Notes: generated from the letters alone by a model not told the origin. Positions 9,052 to 18,927 are shown, numbered from the stretch's first letter. The stretch: DNA of 32,000 nucleotides from Nostoc sp. PCC 7120 = FACHB-418 (GCF_000009705.1 NC_003272.1:3870001-3902000), one strand, 5' to 3'. Translations and numbers: made by a program.

Positions 9052-10230
9052 ATGACTTCTATTTCTACTTTACAGACTAGGTTGCACAGCCATCGGGAAC
9101 AGTTCCCGGCTTTAGCTAATAAGACCTATTTTAACTATGGTGGACAGGGGCCGATGCCTCAAGGGGCAATGGATATTATTACCCAATCTCTCACTTATAT
9201 CCAACAAATCGGCCCTTTTGGGACTGAGGCGGGTAATTGGATAACCAGACAAACTCAAGCTGTGAGGGAAGCGATCGCCTCGGAATTAAACGCCTCTTCT
9301 GATACGATTACTTTTACAGATAATGTCACTGTTGGCTGTAATATCGCTCTTTGGGGCATCCCTTGGCAAGCCGGCGACCATATTTTACTATCGGACTGCG
9401 AACACCCAGGGGTAATTGCTGCTACCCAAGAAATTAGTCGCCGCTTTGGGGTGGAAGTTACTACTTGTCCCCTCAAATCTACGTTAAATGAGGGCGAACC
9501 GACAACAATTATCGCCCAGCACCTCCGCAAAAATACTCGCTTGGTAGTACTTAGTCATGTCTTTTGGAATACTGGACAGGTACTACCTTTGGATAAAATT
9601 GTTGAGGTATGCAGAAATAATAACTCTTTACTATTAGTCGATGCTGCCCAGTCTGTTGGGGCGTTACCTCTGAATTTAACCGAGTTGGGGGTAGATTTTT
9701 ATGCTTTTACTGGTCACAAATGGTTATGCGGCCCTGAGGGTGTGGGCGGTTTGTATGTGCGACCAGAGGTGAGAGAAAGCCTCAACCCGACATTCATCGG
9801 TTTGTATGGAATTATTGTGGATAACCAAGCCCAACCTGTAAGCTGGAAGCCAGACGGGCGCAGGTATGAAGTATCTACCCTAGCTTATCCATTATACCTG
9901 GGGTTAAAGGAAGCGATCGCCACTCATCAGCGATGGGGAACACCACAGGAACGTTACGCGCAAATTTGTCACAACAGCGAATACCTGTGGCGCAGTTTGG
10001 CGGCGATACCCAATGTCAAATGTTTACGTGATACACCACCGGAAACTGGTATTGTTTCTTTCCAACTCCACCAAACCCCATCCCTCAAGCTGGTGCAATT
10101 TCTCGATTCCCAAAAGATATTAACCCGAACCATTGCCGACCCAAGTTGTATCCGGGTAACTGTTCATTATTTAACACTGGAATCAGAAATAGACCAATTA
10201 GTTGAAGCTATAGCTAGGTTTTCAGTCTAG
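9052..10230 (+). CDS. aminotransferase class V-fold PLP-dependent enzyme (cysteine desulfurase-like)
   Basis: FPAL..YFNYGGQGP N-terminal motif and the TGHKW PLP-lysine motif. The track ORF starts at 8959 but its first ~30 codons merely translate the heptamer repeats. ATG 9052 (or 9025) is the more likely start. Confidence 0.8.
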   Translation: MTSISTLQTRLHSHREQFPALANKTYFNYGGQGPMPQGAMDIITQSLTYIQQIGPFGTEAGNWITRQTQAVREAIASELNASSDTITFTDNVTVGCNIALWGIPWQAGDHILLSDCEHPGVIAATQEISRRFGVEVTTCPLKSTLNEGEPTTIIAQHLRKNTRLVVLSHVFWNTGQVLPLDKIVEVCRNNNSLLLVDAAQSVGALPLNLTELGVDFYAFTGHKWLCGPEGVGGLYVRPEVRESLNPTFIGLYGIIVDNQAQPVSWKPDGRRYEVSTLAYPLYLGLKEAIATHQRWGTPQERYAQICHNSEYLWRSLAAIPNVKCLRDTPPETGIVSFQLHQTPSLKLVQFLDSQKILTRTIADPSCIRVTVHYLTLESEIDQLVEAIARFSV

Positions 10231-10314
10231 TCATTAGTTATTGGTCAAGAAAGTAGACAGTAAAAAACACAGTAGAATGCTTTCTTGCTATTTGGATTAA
10301 CACAATTGTTTTTT

Positions 10315-10761
10315 CTATAAAATTAATGTTTCGAGTTTTGCTTGTACTTCTTCTATTAAATCTTCTGTTACACTTTCAACAAATTTTACTTTTCTAGCTT
10401 TCCAATCTAGTGTTTTAATTTGATCTGCTAACACAACCCCTTTTGTTTTCATTCCTTCAATAAGGGGAACTTCAAACCTAAGCCCCTTTGCGTTAGTAGT
10501 TATAGGACAAGCTAAAACTAAAGAAGCCATTTGATTGTACTTAATTGGAGATATAACAAGAACAGGGCGATAGCCAGTTTGCTCACGCCCTTGTTGTTGT
10601 AGCTCGTTATTTAGTGTTATGGCAATATCATCAAATGACATTCCAGAATTACGAAGGGTAAATACACGCTGAATTGATTCAGCCGTGAACTGTTGTGCAG
10701 AGCCAAACTCTAATTTAACAATGTCTCCTCTATTGGGAAAGTAAGGCGGCTTCACTACCAA
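10315..10761 (-). CDS. mazF: MazF/PemK-family type II toxin endoribonuclease with an internal insertion
   Basis: RGDIV..EF ... RPVLVISP ... CPITT ... GVVLADQIKTLDW matches the MazF/PemK fold order. The start is either TTG 10761 or GTG 10755, which overlaps the antitoxin stop (TAGTG). Confidence 0.75.
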   Translation of the reverse strand: MVVKPPYFPNRGDIVKLEFGSAQQFTAESIQRVFTLRNSGMSFDDIAITLNNELQQQGREQTGYRPVLVISPIKYNQMASLVLACPITTNAKGLRFEVPLIEGMKTKGVVLADQIKTLDWKARKVKFVESVTEDLIEEVQAKLETLIL

Positions 10762-10997
10762 GCTTCATTCCCCACAGCGTCACCTGTTTCAAATTCTGGA
10801 TGAAAATTATCAGGGGTCATCCCTTCAAGTAACTCATCAAGCGTATATTTTTTTCGTCTCTTTGGTGTAATTACTATGCTATTACCTTCAACACTAAAAT
10901 TGATATCTGTTCCTTCAGTTACGTGTGCTTGTTCAGCTATCGATCTAGGAATCCTAACCGCTAAACTGTTTCCCCATTTAGCTACAACTGTTGTCAT
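10755..10997 (-). CDS. mazE: AbrB/MazE/SpoVT-family antitoxin
   Basis: VVAKWGNSLAVRIPRSIAEQ is a SpoVT-AbrB swapped-hairpin motif. ATG at 10997 is preceded by GGGAGA, and the stop overlaps the toxin start. Confidence 0.78.
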   Translation of the reverse strand: MTTVVAKWGNSLAVRIPRSIAEQAHVTEGTDINFSVEGNSIVITPKRRKKYTLDELLEGMTPDNFHPEFETGDAVGNEAW

Positions 10998-11195
10998 AAT
11001 TTTCTCCCAACGCTGCATTAGCGATTTATACGCCCGATTTTGTGTTTCCGCCGCAAAATCTTTTCAATAATCGTTTGACTGATGTATATACTTTGAAGAT
11101 ACATCAGACAAACAAGGGGTGTCAACACCCTTCAACCCCTGGTAAGCCGGAAGCAAACCATTTTTTCCATAAGCAATGCTACTAACTATAATTTT

Positions 11196-12269
11196 ATGAA
11201 ACGCCCGATCTTATATGTAGCCATCACAAACCACGGCTTTGGTCATGCTACTCGCACAGCCTCCGTCGCGGCGACAATTCAAAAGTTGTGTCCAGAAGTT
11301 CTCTTAATTATGGTGACTACTGCGCCTCGGTGGTTATTGGAGTGCTATATAGAAGGTGATTTTATCCATCGTCAGCGTGCTTTTGATTTGGGTGTGGTGC
11401 AGTCGGATAGCCTCAAGATGGATAAGGATGCAACTTTGGCGAAGTTGTTGGAAATTAAAAAGCAGCAAAATTCCCTGATTGCTTCGGAAGTAAATTTCAT
11501 CCGCCAAAATCGTGTGGATTTAATATTGGCTGATATTCCTTTTCTCACACCTTTGTTTGCTAAAGCCGCAGGTATTCCTTGCTGGATGATGAGTAATTTC
11601 GGCTGGGATTTTATCTACCGTAGTTGGGGAGGGGAGTTTGTAGCGATCGCTGATTGGATTAGTGGGTGTTATTCTCAATGTGATAGGTTATTTCGTCTAC
11701 CCTTCCACGAACCTTTACAAGCTTTCCCCAAGATTACAGATGTGGGCTTAACTGGTGGTTCTCCCCGTTACTCTGTTGAGGAAATCCGTTCTCTTTGGGG
11801 TATCACTGCACCCAAAAATAAAACTATCTTACTTACCTTCGGTGGTCTGGGTTTACAACAAATTCCCTACGAGAACCTGAAGAATTTTCCCGATTGGCAA
11901 TTTATCGTTTTTGATAATTCTGCCCCTAACTTACCTAATTTAATCAAAATCCAAGACCGCAAATATCGCCCCGTCGATTTTATGCCTATTTGTGGGCGTG
12001 TTGTTTCTAAGCCTGGTTTTAGCACATTTGCGGAAGCAACTCTACTAGATGCACCCCTGGTAACTATTCCCCGCGATGATTTTGCGGAGGCTGCTTTGTT
12101 ATTAGAGGGTATAGCCAATTACAATTCCCATCAAATTTTAACTCCAGAAGAATTCTTCCAAGGTAATTGGAATTTTCTCCAACAACCTCTGCAACCACCA
12201 AAGCAAACTCAACCAATTGCTAAGGATGGAAATGTGGCGATCGCTCAAGCTATTATTAATTATTTCTAG
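11196..12269 (+). CDS. glycosyltransferase-like protein (GT-B/MGT-like, conserved in cyanobacteria)
   Basis: 357 aa. N-terminal ITNHGFGHATRT motif and a C-terminal GFSTFAEA nucleotide-sugar-binding-like motif. Confidence 0.5.
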   Translation: MKRPILYVAITNHGFGHATRTASVAATIQKLCPEVLLIMVTTAPRWLLECYIEGDFIHRQRAFDLGVVQSDSLKMDKDATLAKLLEIKKQQNSLIASEVNFIRQNRVDLILADIPFLTPLFAKAAGIPCWMMSNFGWDFIYRSWGGEFVAIADWISGCYSQCDRLFRLPFHEPLQAFPKITDVGLTGGSPRYSVEEIRSLWGITAPKNKTILLTFGGLGLQQIPYENLKNFPDWQFIVFDNSAPNLPNLIKIQDRKYRPVDFMPICGRVVSKPGFSTFAEATLLDAPLVTIPRDDFAEAALLLEGIANYNSHQILTPEEFFQGNWNFLQQPLQPPKQTQPIAKDGNVAIAQAIINYF

Positions 12270-12291
12270 TCTCATAAAAATATCTATAACT

Positions 12292-12705
12292 ATGACTCAC
12301 TACCAAAAACTCCTGAGAGTTTCTACGAACGGTAAATCATTCCACAATATTACTGCCAAAATTGAATCTATCGTTGCAGAATCTGGTGTGGAAACTGGAC
12401 TTTGTACTTTATTTTTGCGCCATACTTCTGCCAGTTTAGTGATTCAAGAAAATGCTGACCCAGATGTACTTGTGGATTTAGCTAATTATATGGCTAAACT
12501 TGTGCCAGAATCTGGGAAATATATTCATGATGCTGAAGGTGCTGATGATATGCCGGCACATATCCGCACGGCTTTGACTCACACTTCTGAAAATATTCCG
12601 ATAAATCGTGGTCATTTGGTGTTGGGAACTTGGCAGGGAATATATGTTTGGGAACATCGTCAGCACAGTCATGTCAGAGAATTAGTTGTGCATATCTCGC
12701 AATAG
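12292..12705 (+). CDS. yjbQ: YjbQ/UPF0047-family secondary thiamine-phosphate synthase enzyme
   Basis: HTSASLVIQENADPDV, HIRTALTHTSE and LGTWQGIY..EHR motifs. ATG 12292 is preferred, because the track ORF start at 12217 overlaps the upstream gene. Confidence 0.8.
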   Translation: MTHYQKLLRVSTNGKSFHNITAKIESIVAESGVETGLCTLFLRHTSASLVIQENADPDVLVDLANYMAKLVPESGKYIHDAEGADDMPAHIRTALTHTSENIPINRGHLVLGTWQGIYVWEHRQHSHVRELVVHISQ

Positions 12706-12757
12706 CCAAAATTGATCAGATCCCCAACTGTGCTTAAGATTTAGGGATATGTCAAAC

Positions 12758-12831
12758 CAATTCGCAATTCGCAATTGTAATCAGTGGGTGCTTGAAACCC
12801 ACATAATCACCAATTACCAATTACCAATTTG
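12758..12831. repeat. two short heptamer arrays (CAATTCG x3, CAATTAC x3) flanking a hairpin
   Basis: CAATTCG CAATTCG CAATTGT (12758-12778), hairpin GTGGGT-n7-ACCCAC (12784-12802), then CAATTAC CAATTAC CAATTTG (12811-12831). Located downstream of yjbQ. Confidence 0.75.
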
Positions 12832-12931
12832 GTCAATATGAAAGTTAAATTTATTTAATATCTTTTCACATCATGTAATTACAGATATAAAATAATATTT
12901 ATTTATAGCCGTTTAGGCTAGTTTGATAACG

Positions 12932-13681
12932 ATGCAGCAGCACATAGCACCGATTAATAACTTTCAATTACTCGATGAAATACTAACCCAAGCTTCAGTT
13001 GATTTATTAACCTTGAATCCCCAAAAAAGAATGATAACTAGCTTCGTGGAATTGGGGCAGAAAATCACGCAAGAAACTACAAATTATCAAATAATTAATG
13101 CCCTAATTAAGACATTAGAAATCATAATCTACGCTCAGTTAAAAAATTTCCCAGGAAATATTTTCTGGGATTTTGATTTTATGGTTAGTAGTATGTTAAG
13201 ACTAGCTTTATTAGAAAACGATGGTGCTGTTGATTTTCTAGAAAGTTTTGGACAAAAGATGGTATCTTTAACAGAACTATTTGGCGGCAAGAATGAAATT
13301 AGATTTCGCTATGTCCATGATTTTACCTATGGATTTGATTGGGCAAGGTGGGTACAAAAAGATCCAATTCATCGTGTAACAATAGAGCCTTTTAGTTTGA
13401 TTTTCCTTGACTACTTGTTAGATAAAAGTGAAGAATTGCGGCAACGGATTCATCAAGGTAATTCCCAATCTTATAAGTTGTGTGCAACAGGTTTTCGTAA
13501 TCCTTTTACTTTCTCCCGCGAACCAGAAGATGAATATCGATTATTTACTCATCTGGCCCAAGACAAATTGATTCCAGTCCCAGCATGGAGTTGGAATGCT
13601 TCTCCTGTGTGGAATCAGCCTTTTGAGGAGATGCGTGAGCAATTAGCATTAAAATTAAATATTCAACCACAGAGACACTGA
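12932..13681 (+). CDS. conserved hypothetical protein
   Basis: About 249-aa ORF from ATG 12932. Its stop overlaps the NIF3 gene start (TGATG), suggesting translational coupling. No family recognised. Confidence 0.55.
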   Translation: MQQHIAPINNFQLLDEILTQASVDLLTLNPQKRMITSFVELGQKITQETTNYQIINALIKTLEIIIYAQLKNFPGNIFWDFDFMVSSMLRLALLENDGAVDFLESFGQKMVSLTELFGGKNEIRFRYVHDFTYGFDWARWVQKDPIHRVTIEPFSLIFLDYLLDKSEELRQRIHQGNSQSYKLCATGFRNPFTFSREPEDEYRLFTHLAQDKLIPVPAWSWNASPVWNQPFEEMREQLALKLNIQPQRH

Positions 13682-14472
13682 TGAAAATTGCGGATTTAAT
13701 TACTTGGTTTGAATCTTGGGCGAATCCGGCTTGGTGTGAAAGTTGGGATAATTGCGGCTGGCAAATTGAACCTGGAATACTGCACGAAGAGGCTAGAGTT
13801 TTGGTTTGTCTAACACCAACTTTGGCGGTAATGGAGGAAGCGATCGCACTCCAAGCTAATCTGATTTTTGCCCATCATCCTTTGATTTTCAGCCCTCCCA
13901 AATCTCTACGTCGTGGTGAAGCGATCGCCGATATGGCAAGGTTAGCCTTTACCAAAAATATCGGTATTTACAGCGCTCACACCAATTTTGACCAAGTAGA
14001 AGATGGTACGGCTGATGTTTTGGCGCAAATTTTGGGACTCAAGGATGTTGCTCCCATCGTCCCAACCCAAGGGGGGCTAGGTTATGGGCGTGTCGGGTTA
14101 CTAGATCCATTTTTAAATTTACAAGAGTTATTGACTGTAATTCAAACCCGCCTGGCTCCTCCTGATTTAATTTTTTCCCCCACTGCGGATTTACAGCAGA
14201 TAATTTCACGGGTGGCTGTGTTGGGTGGTTCGGGTGCGGGTTTTATTTCGGCGGTAGCCGAAACTGGTGCGGAAGCTTATCTGACTTCTGACTGCAAGTT
14301 CCATCAGTTTCAAGAAAGCCGCGATCGCGGTTTAATTCTCATCGACGCTGGACATTATGCAACTGAACGCCCGGCTTGCGATCGCTTAGTAGAAAAATTG
14401 CGGTCTTTAAATCTACATTGGGTGCAATTGAGCAACCAAGATGAGGATTTTCGCCAATTTTTTGTGAAATAG
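13681..14472 (+). CDS. Nif3-like dinuclear metal center protein (YbgI/GTP cyclohydrolase 1 type 2 family)
   Basis: 263 aa with FAHHPLIF, YSAHTNFD and GHYATER metal-ligand motifs. Confidence 0.85.
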   Translation: MKIADLITWFESWANPAWCESWDNCGWQIEPGILHEEARVLVCLTPTLAVMEEAIALQANLIFAHHPLIFSPPKSLRRGEAIADMARLAFTKNIGIYSAHTNFDQVEDGTADVLAQILGLKDVAPIVPTQGGLGYGRVGLLDPFLNLQELLTVIQTRLAPPDLIFSPTADLQQIISRVAVLGGSGAGFISAVAETGAEAYLTSDCKFHQFQESRDRGLILIDAGHYATERPACDRLVEKLRSLNLHWVQLSNQDEDFRQFFVK

Positions 14473-14775
14473 GACAGGAGGGGATATGTAATTAAATATT
14501 AATTATTATTTAGTAGCTTTTTTATTTTTCCTTTAAGTAAATTTACGTTATTAATTTTAATATCTAAGTAGCAGTGTCTTTCTATAACTCTTTCAGCAAA
14601 TACCCTTTGGAGTCAAGATGTAATTATTATATGTATCTTAGATTTTCTTGAATGTGATCCAAATCACAGCAAATACTGACGAGGATCACTAATAATTGCT
14701 GTTTTATATCATTTAGGTAGAGTCCAAAGTGTTCCACACTGGAGGTGACCAAATGCTTACTCAACCCCAAACAAG

Positions 14776-14991
14776 ATGATTCGCGCACTTGTTGAATCTG
14801 CTTTTCAAACTGGTTATCTCAGTGTTGAATCTGAGGGTCTACTCAATCAAGTGCTGGCTACTAGGTGCTATCAGCCGGAAGATGTGCCATCTCTAGCATC
14901 TTTGTATGATGCCGTTCGTGCAGGAACCATTAAACGAGAAGCATCTTCCCAACGCCTTATAGAATCTCTCTCACGCTTCAAATCTCCCTAA
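14776..14991 (+). CDS. small conserved hypothetical protein
   Basis: 71-aa ORF. Its ATG overlaps the stop of an 8-codon upstream ORF that carries a GGAGG Shine-Dalgarno sequence. Confidence 0.45.
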   Translation: MIRALVESAFQTGYLSVESEGLLNQVLATRCYQPEDVPSLASLYDAVRAGTIKREASSQRLIESLSRFKSP

Positions 14992-15532
14992 GACTACCAA
15001 ATTCTTACAGGCAGAATAGGCTACTGGATAAAATAAAAATCTTCAACTCATAACTATTGGGGCTTTGTTGTTGAAAACCATGAAGGTCAGCCTGAGAATG
15101 AGTTAAGATCAAATACGTAGGGGTAAACGTCAAGCCGAATCCCCAGGCTTCTCAGCAATGCTAATGATTACAAGTAGGCAAATTAAACAACCGGAATCAT
15201 CGCTTGTTTTGGAGTATTTATTATTACATAATGGTAGAAAGAACTTACCGGAACCCATTCACTTGGTGAGGAAGACACCAGAAATGTTTGATTTCTATGA
15301 AACAAACATTAGCTGAATCACCCTGAAAGAGATAGAATTTTGGTGCAGTAACCACAAGTTTATGACTAAATATTCTCCCAGAACCGAAAATTATCAGTAA
15401 GTATCTGGGCATGGTCAAAAGACACACTGATTCTGAACCAGGTTTCTCAACTCCTAAGGGTGTTATTTAATTGGGGTAAAACCCAGATTTTTCAAGGTTT
15501 AACTACGTTGTTTAAAAAGGCAGAAGCAGTAC

Positions 15533-15844
15533 ATGCTACACCGCAAGATTTATCAACTGTGTTGCGACGGGCGGGAGGTATGTGTATTCTTGCGGGACCA
15601 GCAACGCTGGATAGAGCGCGCCCGCATCCTCGATATAGAGGGAGACTTAGTAACCCTACGCTATGAAACAGACGAAGAAGACGAAGTTTGCTCTTGGGAA
15701 GAGATGGTTCGTCTCGAAAGCATCGGCGCTGTTACTCAAAAATTAGCTTCAGTTCCACGCGGTAATATAGAACCCCTCACAACTGAAGATTGCCCAGATG
15801 CCGAGCGTATCCGTAACCATTATCCCGATTCTAATCCTGAGTAA
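15533..15844 (+). CDS. small acidic conserved hypothetical protein
   Basis: 103-aa ORF followed by a strong hairpin. No family recognised. Confidence 0.5.
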   Translation: MLHRKIYQLCCDGREVCVFLRDQQRWIERARILDIEGDLVTLRYETDEEDEVCSWEEMVRLESIGAVTQKLASVPRGNIEPLTTEDCPDAERIRNHYPDSNPE

Positions 15845-15932
15845 GAGGCAAGGGGGGCAGGGAGCTAGGGGGAGGCTTACCACCTGAATCCAATCCCTCT
15901 CCCCGCTCCCTACTTAATACAGACCACATACT

Positions 15933-15964
15933 GAATCCTGAGTAACACGTCCTACTCAGGATTC
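15933..15964 (+). terminator. 12-bp perfect hairpin (GAATCCTGAGTA-n8-TACTCAGGATTC)
   Basis: Read directly, about 90 nt downstream of the 15844 stop and followed by GTTATTT. The same AATCCTGAGTAA string also forms the last codons of the upstream gene (15834-15845). Confidence 0.5.
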
Positions 15965-15978
15965 GTTATTTAGTAGAT

Positions 15979-16139
15979 AGGGGTGTAGGGGTATAAGGGT
16001 GTAAGGGTGTAGGGGAAACAACTAATAATTAAATCAAGATACCTCATAAATACGGTTTTTCTCCTAACCCCTATACCTAGTCACAGCAAGAGTTTCACCT
16101 TTACAAGCGAGGCATTCCCTTTATACTCCTATACCCCCC
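15979..16139. repeat. G-rich GGGTGTA/GGGTATA-type short repeats with inverted C-rich partners
   Basis: GGGGTGTAGGGGTATAAGGGTGTAAGGGTGTAGGGG (15979-16015), with complementary CCCCTATACC (16068-16077) and CTCCTATACCCCCC (16127-16140). A related copy lies at 2596-2640. Confidence 0.6.
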
Positions 16140-17806
16140 TATTCACCATTGGATAATCGCTCAAAAGCCGGACAGTGACCTTCTAAAGTCACTCTAAAGT
16201 TATATAGGGGAGAGGAAGGGTTCCAGCAGCGCTGTCCTCTTTGATGGCGACAAGTGCCGCAGCAATCAATTTCGGGGGGGATGTTGCGATCGCTATTTTG
16301 ATTGAGTAGTTCTCTTTGGGTTAATCCCCGTAATACCAGTTCTTCCCCTTGCCAACGGGCTTCGATTAAACCAGTGTCGGCGAACTGTCGCCACCGGGGA
16401 TCGGCGGTAATGGCTTCGGGGATGCTGATGGTGATGACTGTCCCTAACTCTGTCAGTTCGCCTTCATAATTTGTTTCTGGGGGGGCTGGTTGTAAAAAGG
16501 TTTCGCCAATGAGTAGTTCTACCATTGTCTCAGCCGCCGGTGAATGGATGTGATAGCGGTTCTGCAACTCTTCTAAGCAGGTTAAATCTGCTAGGTACGC
16601 AGGGGAACCGTGAACGAAAACGACGTGCTGGGGACGTAAATTATGAATTAATTGGGTAGTGCCAGGCCCATCACTGTGTTGAGCTAGCAGATAACTTTCT
16701 ACTGTGGTGGGGGCTGAGTATTTTTTATTAACTTTTATATCAATTTTTTCTGGCAATAAGATGAGCCAAGGCCCAGTTTCCGGTTGACAGTACTGTTCTA
16801 AATCAGATGTGGAATCTGTCAGGACAATACAAGGCGATTTACCTACTATGCTGCGGTTTTCGGCTTGCAAACGCCGCACACGGGGACGCACCCGCTCATC
16901 CCAAAATAAGGGTTGATGACGGGCGAAGTTTTGGACTGATGCTGGTAGGTGGGGTAGGAGTTCCAAGTAAGCATCACAGCCAATAGCCACAGCGCCATCA
17001 ACCCAAATATCTAAATCCCGGCCGGTGAAATGGTGATGGGAGCGCAACAACATCAACAGTTCTTGTCCTAAGCCTAAGGCGGGGGTAGGGAGGACAACAG
17101 AATAGCGATCGCTAATGGCGCGATTAATTCTCTCGGCTAGTTGGTTTTCTTGGTTGCGGCGGTGGGGGTGTCTGGATGTGCCGTAAGTCCCTTCTATAAT
17201 CAACACATTTAAATCTATACCCCGTAATTCTTCTAACCGCAAACCTTCCACTAAGCGAGAGTTAGATAGGAAGAAATCCCCTGTATATAGTAATTTGTAA
17301 GAGCGCTGTTCTGTGGTGTATGTGAGGAGGATTGCCACGGCTCCTGGCAAGTGTCCACAGGGGAAGATTTCGGCAACTAATCCATCTTGTAGTTCTACAG
17401 GCGATCGCAACGGCAGGGCGTGACACAGTTGGGGAATTTCTTGGGGATTGTGGTCTAACCAATTCAAAGGCAGCAGCTTGCTTGTTACTTCGCTACCATA
17501 TATAGGTAAATTAGGGAAAGCTTGATGCAGTGCTAGCAAGCCTCTAGCATGATCTGGGTGAGCATGGGTAACCAAGACTAAATCTGCTGGTGAAGGTGGA
17601 TTACCCCGCTTTACCGATGGAGTTAAACTCTTTTGGATAGATGAAATATCCGCTAAACCACAATCCAACAGGATGCGATGTGGCCCCATCCGCACTAATA
17701 AACATACACCTTCATCATTGTGCTGAACGCTGTAGGGAAAACATTCTAGTTCAGTTGCTGCTTCCCCTGTCTCAATATTGGAATATGCGGACAAATTATT
17801 CCTCAT
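16139..17806 (-). CDS. MBL-fold metallo-hydrolase with a Cys-rich C-terminal extension
   Basis: 555 aa. LVTHAHPDHARG (HxHxDH) motif and a C-terminal CCGTCRH...C...HC cluster. Confidence 0.78.
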   Translation of the reverse strand: MRNNLSAYSNIETGEAATELECFPYSVQHNDEGVCLLVRMGPHRILLDCGLADISSIQKSLTPSVKRGNPPSPADLVLVTHAHPDHARGLLALHQAFPNLPIYGSEVTSKLLPLNWLDHNPQEIPQLCHALPLRSPVELQDGLVAEIFPCGHLPGAVAILLTYTTEQRSYKLLYTGDFFLSNSRLVEGLRLEELRGIDLNVLIIEGTYGTSRHPHRRNQENQLAERINRAISDRYSVVLPTPALGLGQELLMLLRSHHHFTGRDLDIWVDGAVAIGCDAYLELLPHLPASVQNFARHQPLFWDERVRPRVRRLQAENRSIVGKSPCIVLTDSTSDLEQYCQPETGPWLILLPEKIDIKVNKKYSAPTTVESYLLAQHSDGPGTTQLIHNLRPQHVVFVHGSPAYLADLTCLEELQNRYHIHSPAAETMVELLIGETFLQPAPPETNYEGELTELGTVITISIPEAITADPRWRQFADTGLIEARWQGEELVLRGLTQRELLNQNSDRNIPPEIDCCGTCRHQRGQRCWNPSSPLYNFRVTLEGHCPAFERLSNGE

Positions 17807-18078
17807 GTTCTGCTCCCCTCCAACCTCATCATTGACCTATCCGAAAAACCAAGATTCACGAAGATTTTGGTTTTGTAGCTTGGGGGTAGTTTTGGTAGTG
17901 CGCCCCTAAAGCTGAAGAATGTGGATTTTTGATTGGGATGGACACCTTTTGCGAACGCGGACTGGTTCGTAAAAGTTGGATAACCGGGAGCCATTAAACT
18001 GGGGAATCAGGGAATTTGCCTCTTGCATCTGTAAGGAACCGAAATTCTGATCGCTTACTTTCAGCAACCAGATTTCTT

Positions 18079-18201
18079 TCAATGGGCAGAGCCATTGCCA
18101 TGATAGTTATCTGAATCATAGAACCCATTTTTCGTCCCAAAGAATAGGCACGAAATAGTAAATATAACGGTTAAACCAACTAAAATTAGTTTTACGTCCA
18201 T
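18079..18201 (-). CDS. candidate 40-aa single-pass membrane peptide (below the ORF-track cutoff)
   Basis: Hand translation gives MDVKLILVGLTVIFTISCLFFGTKNGFYDSDNYHGNGSAH, an ATG start with a GAGAG purine tract about 10 nt upstream. It lies in an otherwise empty 660-bp intergenic region. Confidence 0.3.
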   Translation of the reverse strand: MDVKLILVGLTVIFTISCLFFGTKNGFYDSDNYHGNGSAH

Positions 18202-18468
18202 TGGTTGTCACTCTCTAACTAAGACTTACTTATATTAATAGCGTGATTTTCCCGTCTAGCGGAATCGCTAGAAAATCTTTACTATGCTTGGGTTGATTGG
18301 GCAATAGGTAGATTTACCGCAATCAGTCAGATTGTAGAGCTTTTTGGTGTTACCTGTCTATTCACGCAATATGCCTTTACAAAATGGGGATTGGGAAGAA
18401 GCAGAGGGGAGCAGGGGGAGAAGTATTGAAGTTAAAAAATGGGGAACTGGGTTCCCCTTGCGGTTATG

Positions 18469-18927
18469 CTATTTTGCGCCCCACTCTAAAACGATGCTGC
18501 GGGTAAAATCGATGCGTTGTGAGAAGTCTAAGGCTTTAACTGTATCAACAAAGCTTTTGGTTTCTAGGGGTAGTTCATAGTCTGATGGGACTTGAATAAT
18601 CTCACCGCTTTCCATACCGCGTGCGAGTCTGAGCCACAATTCTATTTTGGGGCTAGAGTGCAAGGCATTGTAGGTGCGGCTAATATCTGTGTTTCCACCA
18701 CTAGCGATATCCCGTTGGGCTTGTAATTGTTGTTCTTGTGGTAAGGCTCGAATCTGATCGTATAAAGCCGCAGCTGTATCTTGTACGGAAGGTTGATTTG
18801 TTTCTGAATCTAACTGTTCCTTGAGGTCAAGATAGCCATACCACAGTAGAGCTAGTTGGGTGTCAATATCAAAGCCACGAAACTGTTCTATGGCTCTTTG
18901 GGTGCGTTCATCGGTAGCGTAAGTCAT
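18469..18927 (-). CDS. helical carotenoid protein (orange carotenoid protein N-terminal domain homologue)
   Basis: MTYATDERTQRAIEQFRGFDIDTQLALLWYGYLDL resembles the OCP NTD (..DQLALIWFAYLEM..). ATG 18927 with GGAG upstream is preferred over the longer track ORF. Confidence 0.8.
   Translation of the reverse strand: MTYATDERTQRAIEQFRGFDIDTQLALLWYGYLDLKEQLDSETNQPSVQDTAAALYDQIRALPQEQQLQAQRDIASGGNTDISRTYNALHSSPKIELWLRLARGMESGEIIQVPSDYELPLETKSFVDTVKALDFSQRIDFTRSIVLEWGAK

Noticed and set aside
10876-11070. ORF 10876..11070(+), and likewise ORFs 19965..20150(-) and 21081..21386(-)
   Set aside because: They are antisense to the MazE, RHH and recombinase genes respectively, with no independent support.
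15245-15666. ORFs 15245..15427(-) and 15460..15666(+)
   Set aside because: They have no motifs and low-complexity or unusual composition. The second overlaps the better-supported 15533..15844 ORF in another frame.
17641-18580. ORFs 17641..17835(+), 17803..17994(-) and 18344..18580(+)
   Set aside because: They overlap the ends of confidently called genes or lie in intergenic DNA without start context or similarity.
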